Shown here piece after piece: positions 34,438-48,050 of a stretch of DNA of 64,000 bases. The translations under genes were made by a program, and so were the position numbers. The DNA is taken from the NCBI GenBank assembly GCA_963731795.1, contig CAVSWU010000003.1:902216-966215 (forward strand). Direction: 5' to 3'. The notes under the pieces are model-generated. The model saw only the letters and a program-made list of their open reading frames with translations, did not search any database and was not told the DNA's origin. Each line of letters begins with the position of its first letter. Within the stretch, counting starts at the first letter, position 1. The stretch comes from an uncultured delta proteobacterium. GTDB lineage: Bacteria > Myxococcota > Myxococcia > Myxococcales > Myxococcaceae.

Positions 34438-35163
34438 TCAGCGCGCGGCCGGCGGGACCGCATCCATCAGCGCCTCGATCACCTTGTCGACCTCCGCCAG
34501 AGGAAAGTCCCGCAAGGTCCCGAGGATGGTGCCCTTCTGGTTGCGAGCGGTGAGCTGGATGCGGCTGCTCTTGTCGGTGAACTTGCGCGCCAGCGAGTCA
34601 CGGTAGCGCTTGATCCGCTCCGCATCCTCCTTGGGAATGGGCATGTTGGAGGTGGGCCGGCGCAGGCGCTGCAGGGCCTTGCGCAGCTCCACCACGCTGC
34701 AGTTGGCGAAGGACTTCTCCTGGGTCGCGCCGTCCTTGTCGACCACGGTGATGGGGAAGAGGCCCGGGTCGTTCCTGTCGGCCTTCTTGCCGGTGGCCTC
34801 TTCGTAGGTGAGCAGCAGGCCCAGGCGCGAGATGCCGTACTGCACGCACACCTCCTGGCTGAACTCGCGGGCCACGGCGCCGTACGCGGCCAGGGTGGCC
34901 CGCGACAACTCCTTCAGTTCTTTGGCGAAGAAGTCGGGCGCATCCTTGTAGCCCGCATCCTCCGCCAGATTGTGGGTGACGACGTAGTTGTAGATGAGAC
35001 CAATCTGGTAGAAGTTGATCTCGCTCTGCCCCAGGATCTGGCGAATGGTGGAGGGGACTTCTTCGATCGTCATCCCCTCAAGCGAGCCGTTGAGGCGGGG
35101 ATTGAGAATGGCCTGGGTGAGGTTCGACATCGGATCTTGAGCTGCGACAACAGGCTTTTGCAT
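34438..35163 (-). CDS. Hypothetical protein embedded in the Type I R-M locus
   Basis: 241-aa ORF with real coding statistics and ~60% GC. It has no recognisable motif. It is divergent from hsdR. Confidence 0.55.
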   Translation of the reverse strand: MQKPVVAAQDPMSNLTQAILNPRLNGSLEGMTIEEVPSTIRQILGQSEINFYQIGLIYNYVVTHNLAEDAGYKDAPDFFAKELKELSRATLAAYGAVAREFSQEVCVQYGISRLGLLLTYEEATGKKADRNDPGLFPITVVDKDGATQEKSFANCSVVELRKALQRLRRPTSNMPIPKEDAERIKRYRDSLARKFTDKSSRIQLTARNQKGTILGTLRDFPLAEVDKVIEALMDAVPPAAR

Positions 35164-35319
35164 GTGAGACGTTCCTTGGTTGGAGCTGCGTGATTGCTGC
35201 GCTCCCTCCTAAAGCAGGGCCCGTGCCAACACAGAGGCCAGTGAAATGGCCCCCTTACGCGAAGGGGCTCCCCTCCCCCCATCTCACTTCGTGGACTGGA
35301 CAGTCTCATTCGGTGGACT

Positions 35320-38562
<3,243 letters not shown>

Positions 38563-38583
38563 CCCGAGGTGGCGCGCTGAGCT

Positions 38584-39624
38584 TCAGCCCAGCGGAACAG
38601 TCCGTCCCTCGGCGGCGCTGCGGTGCGCGGCCTCCAGCACGCGGATCACCTCGCTGGCGCTCTCCGCCGTCACGGGCACCGGGCCCCTCTCCCCTCAGGG
38701 CCGCGGCGAGCTGCCGGTAGAACTCTTCGTAGCGGCCCGGCACCGTGGGCACGATCCCGCCTCGGCTCAGCCGTCCGTACCGCTCCGCTGGTTCGGCGCC
38801 CCACCCCGCCATCCCCGGCCTCAGCCCGGCCTTGAGCTGCTCCTCCTGCGGATCCAGCCCGTATTTGAAGTAGGCATCCGCCTCGCCCTGCAAGACGAAG
38901 CGCGTCCACGGCTCATGCACCACCGAGCCCGAGCGAAGGATCACGCGCAGCTCTCCGTAGCGCAGCAGCAGGTGGAACCAATCCACCGCCTGCGCCCCGG
39001 GCCTCTGCCGGCCGGCGTCGGCCATGATCGACTCCGGCATACCGAACAGCTGCAGCGCCTGATCCACCAGGTGCGCACCCAGATCCCACAGCGTGCCCCC
39101 TCCCGGCCCAGCCTCCTCCTTCCAGCGCTTCTTCACCTCCGGCCGGAAGCGATCAAAGTGGCTCTCGAAGCTGTAGAGCCTCCCGAGGCGCCCCTGCTCC
39201 ACCAACTGGCGGACCGTCAGGAAGTCCCCGTCCCAGCGGCGGTTCTGGAAGACGGCCAGGCAGAGGCCTCGCTCCCGAGCCAACGCTCCCAGCCGGGCCG
39301 CCTCCGCCGAGTCCAACGTGTAGGGCTTCTCCACGACGACGTGCTTGCCCGCCAGCAGCGCCCGCTCCGCCAGCGCCGCATGGCTGTCCGTGGGCGAGGC
39401 GACGATGATCAGCTCCAGCGCCGGATCCGCCAGCAGCGCCTCCACGGACAGTACGCGCGCCCCCGGCCAGTCCCGCGCGACCGCGTCGGCGCTCCGGGTG
39501 GCGACAGCACTCAGAGTGAAGGCCGGCTCCCTGCCCAGCAGCGGAGCATGGAAGCTGGCTCCGGCCAGGCCGTAGCCGATCAGACCCACGCGAAACACAT
39601 CTCTTTTCGGGAGCGAATCGGGCA
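38584..39624 (-). CDS. Gfo/Idh/MocA-family NAD(P)-dependent oxidoreductase, with an apparent frameshift near 38685
   Basis: Rossmann motif [10 protein letters not shown] and the EKP motif are present. Removing one G from CCCGGTGCCC restores the C-terminus ...[34 protein letters not shown]. Confidence 0.75.
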
Positions 39625-39804
39625 TCTCTGGACCGTAACGCGGCAGCGACTCCCACCCCAAGCCCCTCTCCCCCCGTCTCCCGGGGGGCCAACCACGCTT
39701 TTCGTCAAGGAAGTCGGGAACTTGAGAGGCCGGCCAAGCACGTGTTACGACCGCGACGGCCAGAGCCGCTGCCACGACTTCCCCTCTGCCGGAGCCTGCT
39801 TCCC

Positions 39805-42800
39805 ATGAGCGAGCAGAACGATCTCACGAGGACCTCGTCCTCTGCCTCCATCCCCGCGCCAGCAGGCACTCCCGCGAGGCCCACAACCGAGGTCCTCGCC
39901 CAGAACGTGAGCGCGCTGCCGGTGGCCACCCCTCCCGAGGATGAGGCCCGCGAGCGCCTCGCCGCGCTGGAGCGCGAAGCCCGCGCCCTGGTGCCAGCGA
40001 TCCGCAGGCCGCCGCCCTGCTCTTCCACGAGATCGGCCTGCTCTGGGAGGAGACGCTCAAGAACCCGCGCAACGCGGCCGTCGCCTTCCAGAACGCCTAC
40101 AAGCTGGCGCCGAGCTTCCTCGCGAACATCCGCGCCGCGCGCCGCCTCTTCGCGGACGTGGGCAACTGGCAGATGGTCATCCAGCTGCTCGACGCGGAGC
40201 TGGCGCGGCACCGAGGAGCCTCGCCAGAAGGCCACGCTGCTCTTCGAGAAGGCCACCATCCTCGAGGAGCGCCTCGTCGCGCGAGGCGGACGCCAAGGCC
40301 GCCTGGCAGCAGTGCCTGGAGCTGAAGCCCACCGAGGTCGGCCTGCTCACCCAGCTCGAGGCCCACTACGCGGCGCGCAACGACTACGAGTCGCTGGTCG
40401 AGGTGTACCGGCTGCTCGCCGGCACGCTGGAGCACCCCGCCGCTGCGCGCGCACTACCTCACCACCGCGGGCCTGGTGCTCGAGGAGCGCCTCAAGCAGC
40501 GCGAGGCCGCCGCCGACTTCTTCCGCGAGGCCTTCGCGCTCGACCGCTCGGACCTGCTGCTGCTCGCGGCCATGAAGCGCGTGGCCGAGCGCGAGGGCCG
40601 CGCCGACGAGCTGCTGGCCGCGCTGGCCGCCGAGGCCGACGTGCTCGGCACCCAGGCCACGCCCGCCTACCTGCAGATCGCCAAGGTCTACGAGCGCATG
40701 GGCCGCAAGGATGACGCGCTGGCCGCGCTGCTCGCCGCGCGCCGCGTCACCCCGAACGAGCCGCTCGTCCTCTCCGAGCTGGCCGGCATCTACGAGACGC
40801 AGGGCCGCTACGAGGAGCTGGCGGACGTGCTGCTCGGCGTGGGTGGGCTCCATCACCGACGAGAGCGAGCTGGTGGCCATCAACCTGCGCCTGGCCGCGC
40901 TCTACGAGGAGGATCTCAAGCGCGAGCACGGAGGCCATCGCCCGCTACCAGGCGATCCTCTCGCGCATCCCCGGCCACGCCCCCGCGCTGGCGGGCCTGG
41001 GCAAGCTCTACCACCGCGCTGCAGAACTGGGAGGGGCTCGTCTCCGTCTTCGACGCGGAGATCGCCGCCGCCGAGGACGCCCGCGCAGAAGGCCGCCCGC
41101 ATGTACAAGGCCGCCGAGGTGCTCGAGGAGCGGCTCGGGCGGCAGGACGAGGCCATCGCCCGCTACAACGACTGCCTCCAGCTCCAGCCGGGCTACCTGC
41201 CCGCGCAGAAGGCCCTCTCGCGCCTCTACGAGCGCCAGGGCCGCTTCGCCGAGCTGGTCGCGCATGTACGAGCAGGATCTGCTGCAGACCACCGATCGCG
41301 ATCAGCTCATCTCCACGCTCAACAAGATGGCGGTCCTCTACGAGGAGCGCCTCAGCGATCTCGATCACGCCATCGACTGCATGAAGCGGATCCTCGATCT
41401 GGCCTCCGATCACCTGCCCACCATCCGCAACCTGTCGCGGCTCTACGAGCGCGCCGGGCGCTACCGCGAGCTGATCGAGACCGCAGGAGCTGGAGGCCTC
41501 GTTCGCCGGCGACACCAAGCAGGTGCTGTCGCTCTACCACCGCAACGCGGAGATCCTCGACGAGCACCTCAAGGATCGCACCGGCGCCATCGGCCATGTA
41601 CGAGCGCGTGCTGGCGCTCTCTCCCTCGTACCTGCCCGCGCTCAAGGCGCTGGGGCGGCTCTACGCGCAGGAGGGCCGCTGGAGCGAGCTGATCAAGATG
41701 TACCGGGCGGAGGCGGAGATCTCTCCCTCCACCGAGCAGGCCGCCACGCTGCAGTTCAAGATCGGCGAGCTGTACGAGCACCGGCTCAAGAGCCAGAACG
41801 AGGCCATCGCCGCCTACCAGGAGGTGCTCACGCTGGCGCCCAGCTACTTCCCCGCGCTGCGCGCGCTGGCTCGCATCTACCGGGCCAACGGCCACTGGGA
41901 GAAGCTGATCGAGGTGCTGCGCGCCGAGGCCGCCAACCGCATCGATCCGGTCGAGCGCGCCAACGCCCTCTTCCAGGCCGCCGCCATCTGGGAGGACCAG
42001 CTGCAGCGGCCCGAGCTGGCCATCGAGGGCTACCAGGAGGTGCTCGGCTGACGCCGGGCCACGCCGCCGCCCTGCGCGCCCTGGAGCGGCTCTACACCAC
42101 CCAGGACAACATCAAGGAGCTGGTGGCCATCCTGGATCGCGAGACCCAGGTGGGCCAGACGCCGGGCGCCAAGGTGGCCGCCTACCTCAAGCTGGCGCGC
42201 CTGTACCTGGATCGCTTCAAGGAGCCCGCCCGCGCCGCCCAGTGCTGCGAGGCCGTGCTCCAGCTGGATCCCGGCCAGCTTCACCGCGCTGAAGATGCTC
42301 GAGCGCATCCGCGCCGGGGACAAGCCGCGCCGCGCCGAGCTGCGCTTCCGCCTCTCCGAGCACGTGCAGGAGACACGCCTGCGCACCGCGCTGCGCCTGT
42401 CCGCCGCCGCGGATCAGGACAAGGGCTCCACCGAGGCCACGCTGGAGGAGTACAAGCCGGCCTTCCAGGAGGATCCCTCGGACGTGCGCGTGGCCTTCGC
42501 GCTGGAGCGCGCGCTGCGCCAGGCCGGGGACTTCGCCGGCCTGGCCTGGCTCTACAGCCGCCGCCTGGAGGTGGTGACCGAGCCCATCGAGCGCGTGGAG
42601 CTGCTGCTGCGCATCGCGGACCTGTCCGAGCACAAGCTGGGCGATCTGGAGCGCGCCGGCCAGCTCTACCGGGCCGCGCTGGAGGCCCAGCCGCAGTGCC
42701 TGCCCGCGCTCAGGGCTCGCGCCGCGTGCAGCTCAAGCAGGGCAACGTCGCCGCGGCCCGCGCCACCCTGGAGGCCGAGGCCCGCGCCAGCCGCGATCCC

Positions 42801-44881
42801 CGCAGCGCCGTGGAGGCCTTCATCGCCGCCGCGAAGCTCGCCTCCTCCCGCCTGAACGATCTGGACGGCGCCGCCGCCCTGTACCGGCAGGCGCTGGAGA
42901 AGGATCCGCTCAACCCCGCGGCCACCGCGGGCCTGGAGGATCTGCTCGCCCAGCGCGGCGGCACTCCGGATCTCGCGGCGCTGCACGAGCGGCGCGGCGA
43001 GGCCCGGCTGGCCCAGCGCGATCTCCAACGCCGCCGCCGCCGCGTTCATCAGCGGCGCGAAGCTGTACATCACCGCGCTGAGCGATCGCTCCAAGGCCAT
43101 GGCCCTGGTGGAGCGCGCGCTCGCCGCGATGCCGAACTACCCGGATGCGCTGGAGCTGAAGGGCCGGCTGCTGCTGGAGGACCAGAAGTACGCCGAGGCC
43201 GCCGCGGCGCTCGCCCAGCGCGTGCAGCAGGGCGGCGATCCGCGCCTGCTCGCGCAGCTCCACCTCACCCTGGGCGGCCTGTACCAGACGCACCTGAACG
43301 AGACGAGCCGGGCCTCCGCGCACCTGCAGACGGCGCTGGCCGCGATGCCGAAGAACGAGGAGGCGCTGGAGCGGCTCGCCACCCTGCACGGCCAGGCTCG
43401 CAACTGGTCCGGCGCGGTGGACTGCCTCAAGCGCCTGCTGGAGCTGGAGCTGGCCACGGTGGATCGGGCGCGCCACACCGTGGAGCTGGCGCGCATCCAC
43501 GACGAGGGCCTCGGCGACACGGCCGGCGCATCCGCGCTGTACCGCAAGGCGCTGGAGCTGAGCCCCGGGGACTCGGAGCTGGTGGATCGGCTCGTCACCC
43601 TCTACGAGCGCGCCCACAACCTGCCGGAGCTGGCGCAGATGCTGGAGGCGCAGGTGGGCGACGCTCGCGGCGGTGGATCAGAAGCGGGCCCAGTCCGTGC
43701 GGCTGCGGCTGGCGGAGCTGTACGCCCGCGCGCTGGAGCAGCCGGCGCGCGCCATCGCCGTGCTACCGGCAGGCGCTGGAGCACGAGCCGACGAGCATCT
43801 CCGGCGCGCGCCGCGCTCGCGGAGCTCTACATGCGCGACTCCTCGGCCACGGCGCTGGCGATCGAGGAGCACCGGCAGCTGATCAAGCTGGACCCGACGC
43901 GGGTGGACAGCCTCCACGCGCTCTTCAAGCTGTGGGAGGGCCTCAAGCAGCACGACAAGGCCTTCTGCGCGGCGGCGGCGCTGCAGTTCCTGCGCTCGGC
44001 CAACGAGGTGGAGGTCGTCTTCTACAACGAGGCCAAGGCGCGGCTGGCGCAGGACGCGCAGGAGTCGCTGCCGCTCACGGATCTGGATGGCATGCTGCTG
44101 CACCCGTCCGCGCGCGGGCCGCTGCTGGAGGTGCTGCGGGCCATCGGCGATCAGCTCGGGAAGATGTACCCGCCCCAGTTCGAGATGCTGGGCGTGGACA
44201 AGAAGGCGGACAAGCTCAAGCCGGACTCGGCGGTGTTCAAGGCCATCCGCGCCGTGGCTCAGGTGTTCGGCGTGGAGGAGTTCGAGGTCTACCAGTCCCG
44301 CCGCGGCCTGATGACGCTGGAGACCACCGAGCCGCTCTCGGTCTGCGTGGGCCAGGACGTGGTGCGCAAGTTCAACGCCCGCGAGCAGAAGTTCCTCATC
44401 GGCCGCGCGGTGCTGGGGCTGCTGAACAAGACGGCGGTGCTCTCGAAGCTGTCGCAGGGCGAGACGGCGGATCTGTTCGGCAACTCCGTCCGCATCCACG
44501 CGCCGCAGTTCACCGCGCTCGGGCGGAAGAGCGATGACATGGTGAAGCAGCTGCGCAAGGCGTACTCGCGCAAGGCGCTCAAGGCGCTGGAGGCGCCGGC
44601 GATGGCGCTCGGGGCCGATCCGAAGGCGGATCTGAAGAAGCTGTCCGGGGGGCTCTCGCTGTCCGCGGATCGAGCCGGCATGCTGATGTGCGGCGACATC
44701 TCCGTGGGCCTGGGGCTGGTGCTGCGTGAGGACCCGACGATGGCGGAACTCGAAGATCGAGACGGCGGCGGATCCGGTGATCCAGGCGCTGAAGGCGCGC
44801 GAGGATCTGCGCGATCTGATGACCTTCTCCCTGTCGGACGACTTCTTCCGGCTGCGCCAGCGGCTGGGGCTGGGGCTGTAG
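39805..44881 (+). CDS. Very large TPR-repeat protein (~1690 aa) with a non-TPR C-terminal domain, broken by many (>10) apparent frameshifts
   Basis: TPR consensus runs across ORFs 39742.., 39941.., 40476.., 40711.., 41264.., 41523.., 42295.. and 43099..44895 (ALxxxP, YxxLG, W/A-rich pairs). The true C-terminus ...[12 protein letters not shown] lies in an alternate frame and ends at 44881. Confidence 0.55.
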
Positions 44882-44885
44882 TCGC

Positions 44886-45617
44886 CTACTCCTGACGGAC
44901 CACGGCATCCGCGGGCAGGCCGCCGCGGATGCGCGCCAGGGCGTCCTCCACGGGCGCCAGCTCGGCGGCCTCGATCGTCACCTTCACCCGGTAGTCCAGC
45001 GTCGGATCGAACACCGGGTAGGAGCCGATGGCCACGTGCGGCATGTCCAGGGCCACCCGGTCCAGCACGGCGGCGATGGTGCTCTCGCCCAGGCGCAGGT
45101 AGAGGCTGCGCAGATGCACCGGCGTGCCGCGCAGCTGCTTGAGCACCGTCTCCAGCTGGAGCCTGAAGAGCTGGGGCACGCCGGGCAGCAGGAAGACATT
45201 GTCCACTGTCAGGACAGGGAACCAGGTGCCCGCCTGGGGCAGCAGCACGGCGCCCTCGGGCGCGTCCGCCAGCCGCAGGGCCTCCTCGGTGAGGTGATCC
45301 GAGCGCTTGCGGATGAGTTCCACCATCTCGGGCAGGCGCACCACCTGGCGGCCCATGGCGAGCGCCACCGCGCGCACGGTGACGTCATCGTGGGTGGGGC
45401 CGATGCCGCCGCTGGTGAAGACGTAGGTGGCCTTCGAGCGCGCCCGGGCTACCGCGTCGACGATGGCGTCCACGTCATCGGTGACGATCTCCACGGAGCG
45501 CAGAGGAATGCCGAGCTCGCGCAGGCGGCGGATGAGGTGGGGCCCGTTGGCATCCACCACCTTCGCGGTGAGGACTTCGTTGCCGATGATGACCGCTGCT
45601 GCGCCGGTGCGCTCCAT
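44886..45617 (-). CDS. CinA-like / molybdopterin-binding (MoCF-biosynthesis) domain protein
   Basis: AAVIIGNEVLTAKVVDANG...FTSGGIGPTHDDVT matches the CinA N-terminal domain. Confidence 0.8.
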   Translation of the reverse strand: MERTGAAAVIIGNEVLTAKVVDANGPHLIRRLRELGIPLRSVEIVTDDVDAIVDAVARARSKATYVFTSGGIGPTHDDVTVRAVALAMGRQVVRLPEMVELIRKRSDHLTEEALRLADAPEGAVLLPQAGTWFPVLTVDNVFLLPGVPQLFRLQLETVLKQLRGTPVHLRSLYLRLGESTIAAVLDRVALDMPHVAIGSYPVFDPTLDYRVKVTIEAAELAPVEDALARIRGGLPADAVVRQE

Positions 45618-45651
45618 GGAAGGTGGACTCTAGTCTCCTTCGGCGAATTCC

Positions 45652-45831
45652 TCACCGGGCCTGACAGAGCCAGATCTTTTCGCGGGAGTTGGGATCTATG
45701 TGGAGATTGCAGAGCTCATCCGCTGCACACGAGCCGCTCACCTTGGGGTCACAGACCCGGCCACAATACCCGAAGAAACAAATCCCGATGAACAGCAGGC
45801 TCCCAAGCCCCAGCATGGCACGCAGGTTCAT
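45652..45831 (-). CDS. Small secreted cysteine-rich peptide (59 aa)
   Basis: GAGGGG RBS 3 nt upstream. MNLRAMLGLGSLLFIGICFFGYCGRVCDPKVSGSCAADELCNLHIDPNSREKIWLCQAR has a signal-like N-terminus and 7 Cys. GC is locally low (~55%). The ORF is absent from the track because it is under 60 aa. Confidence 0.4.
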   Translation of the reverse strand: MNLRAMLGLGSLLFIGICFFGYCGRVCDPKVSGSCAADELCNLHIDPNSREKIWLCQAR

Positions 45832-45922
45832 AGCCCCTCGTGGGTGAGTGGACAGCCACTCTACCAGATGCCTGCCTGCCGCCTGCGAAGCCGACAGGGA
45901 GACCTACTGTCACGGCAGAACC

Positions 45923-47932
45923 ATGGCCTTGTCACTGGCACCCTCGGCGGGAGGGCTCTCGCAGCCCCGCACAGATCAGGCAGCAGACACAGCCGAGCGT
46001 GCGCGGGCTCACCTTCTCTTCCGCCGCTACGCTGGCTCGCTGCAATTGCGCCTGCGCACCTTCGAGGAGCTCCTCGCCCTGGCCGAGGTTCCAGAGGCGC
46101 TCTGGGTGGCGACCGCATGCCCGACGGCCGGGCTCTCGTGTGATCCCGCCTTCCTCTCTCAGCTGGACACGGAGGCCCACGGCCGCGTGCGGGCGCGCAT
46201 GTTCATGAGGGCCATCGACTGGACCACACGGATGCTGGCCGACCGGTCCGATTGTGTCCCTGGCTCGGATGTCCTGACGCTCGCGCACCTGTCCGCGGAA
46301 GCGACACATCTGCGGACCGCCGCCCACGAGGTCTTCGCCGCATGCGGCCTCTCAGCGGGCGCCCAGGTCTCACTGGAACAGGTGCGCAAGGCCCGCGAGA
46401 AGCTCTTCCCCTCTCGCGAGAAGGCAACCCCTCCCACCAGCGTGGACCTGCCGCCGCCTCCCTCGGTCCCTGGGCTGCCCACGAGCTTGAACGGGGCCTA
46501 CCCTCCGATCCCGCAGTCGCCTCTCCCTTCACCACTGCCCGCTTCCCCCGCTCTCCCTGCTCCTCTCACCGAGGCGGAGCAACGGCTCATGGAGCTGGAG
46601 CGGATCATCCTCTTCCAGCGCTGGCTCTTCACGTTCGCCAACAACTTCGTGGCGATGCCCGATCTCTACGCGCGAGATCGGCGGGCGCTCTTCGAGCAGG
46701 GCACGCTCATCATGGCCGGCCGGGAGTTCTCGCTCGCGGTGCGGGTGATGGACCGGGCCTCCCACGCGGCGATGGCGAGCGAGGCCTCCATGTTCATCCT
46801 CTACTGCGTCATCAGCGGAGGCCAGCCCGCGCGCACCTTCGAGGTCGCCGTGCCTGTGACATCCGGCACGACTCGCGGCCTCTACGTGAACAAGCGTGGC
46901 GTCTTCCGAGACACCGAGGGCCACGAGTACGACGCCCAGGTGGTGCAGATCATCCAGCAACCGGTGTCGCTGTATGAAGCGGCCACCGCTCCCCTGCGCC
47001 GACTCATTCGACTCATCTTCAGCCGAGTCGAGTCATGGTCCAACACGGCGGATGCGCAGCTCCAGGGACGCTTCACGACGAGATCCGGGCCCTATCCATC
47101 CTCCAGCCCGTACCCTTCTTCTGGGTCTTACCCTCCTCCTGGGGCCTCCTACCCCTCTCCTGGCTCCTATCCCTCTGCCGGGTCCTCATACCCCTCTCCC
47201 GGGTCCTCCTATCCGGCCCCCGGGTCTTCCTATCCGGCTCCCGGGTCCTCCTATCCCTCTGCCGGGTCCTCCTATCCCTCTGCCGGGTCCTCCTATCCCT
47301 CTGCCGGGTCCTCCTATCCCTCTGCCGGGTCCTCCTATCCCTCTGCCGGGTCTCCCTCCCCCTCTGCAGGGTCCTCCCCGATCGCCCAGCCTCCCCCCGC
47401 TGGAGCGGGCCTGCTGGCCCTCCAGGGAACCATCGGGCACATCGTGGGCGCGAGCGTGGCCGCGGCGGCGATCGGCTCCGCGCTGGCCTTCATCATCAAC
47501 CAGCTCCGCTCGGTCACGCTGCTCGAGGTCCTGTTCAGCCTGTTGATCATCCTTGCCTCGGCGATGCTCCCAGCCCTGCTCCTGGCCTTCATCCGCATCG
47601 CGAACCGGGATCTGGCCGTGGTGTTGGAGGGCGCGGGCTGGGCCATGAATGATCGCCTGCGCCTGACGCGACGGCTGGGGCGGCTCTTCACCCGGCGCCC
47701 ACGACGCCCTCCTCACTCACGCATCGACATCCGTGACAGGGTCGCCGAGCTGCTGAGGCAGCGCGTCCAGAGAGAAGAGGGCTGGACACGTGCCCTCCTC
47801 AAGAGCCTGCTGGGAACCCTGGCGCTGATCGCCGTCGCCTGGCTGCTCTGGCACTACCACGCCGAGCTGGCGGCCTGGGTGAAGCAAGCCCTCACCACTG
47901 CTCCTCCCGCCGGGGCGGGGCAGGCGAAGTGA
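45923..47932 (+). CDS. Hypothetical membrane protein with a GSSYPSA heptad tandem-repeat region
   Basis: Long ORF. About 12 (S/A)GSSYP(S/A) repeats are followed by 3-4 C-terminal TM helices. Confidence 0.6.
   Translation: MALSLAPSAGGLSQPRTDQAADTAERARAHLLFRRYAGSLQLRLRTFEELLALAEVPEALWVATACPTAGLSCDPAFLSQLDTEAHGRVRARMFMRAIDWTTRMLADRSDCVPGSDVLTLAHLSAEATHLRTAAHEVFAACGLSAGAQVSLEQVRKAREKLFPSREKATPPTSVDLPPPPSVPGLPTSLNGAYPPIPQSPLPSPLPASPALPAPLTEAEQRLMELERIILFQRWLFTFANNFVAMPDLYARDRRALFEQGTLIMAGREFSLAVRVMDRASHAAMASEASMFILYCVISGGQPARTFEVAVPVTSGTTRGLYVNKRGVFRDTEGHEYDAQVVQIIQQPVSLYEAATAPLRRLIRLIFSRVESWSNTADAQLQGRFTTRSGPYPSSSPYPSSGSYPPPGASYPSPGSYPSAGSSYPSPGSSYPAPGSSYPAPGSSYPSAGSSYPSAGSSYPSAGSSYPSAGSSYPSAGSPSPSAGSSPIAQPPPAGAGLLALQGTIGHIVGASVAAAAIGSALAFIINQLRSVTLLEVLFSLLIILASAMLPALLLAFIRIANRDLAVVLEGAGWAMNDRLRLTRRLGRLFTRRPRRPPHSRIDIRDRVAELLRQRVQREEGWTRALLKSLLGTLALIAVAWLLWHYHAELAAWVKQALTTAPPAGAGQAK
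47084..47378. repeat. 21-nt tandem repeats (tccggg/gccgggtcctcctatccc...) encoding GSSYPSA
   Basis: Near-identical 21-nt units occur 10 or more times. Confidence 0.85.
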
Positions 47933-48050
47933 ACGGCGGCTGATTGCTCCCCCCTGCTCGGGAGAGGCGTGGGGCGGACGTTCCACTGCCCGTCACAAAG
48001 GCGCGCGGGCCACTCCAGATTCAAGAACGCCACACGAGCAGGAGAGCTCC

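Noticed and set aside
45700-46143. 147-aa + ORF in the cinA upstream region
   Set aside because: It is antisense to the RBS-supported small Cys-rich peptide ORF and runs into the 45923 gene out of frame. Its composition is not protein-like.
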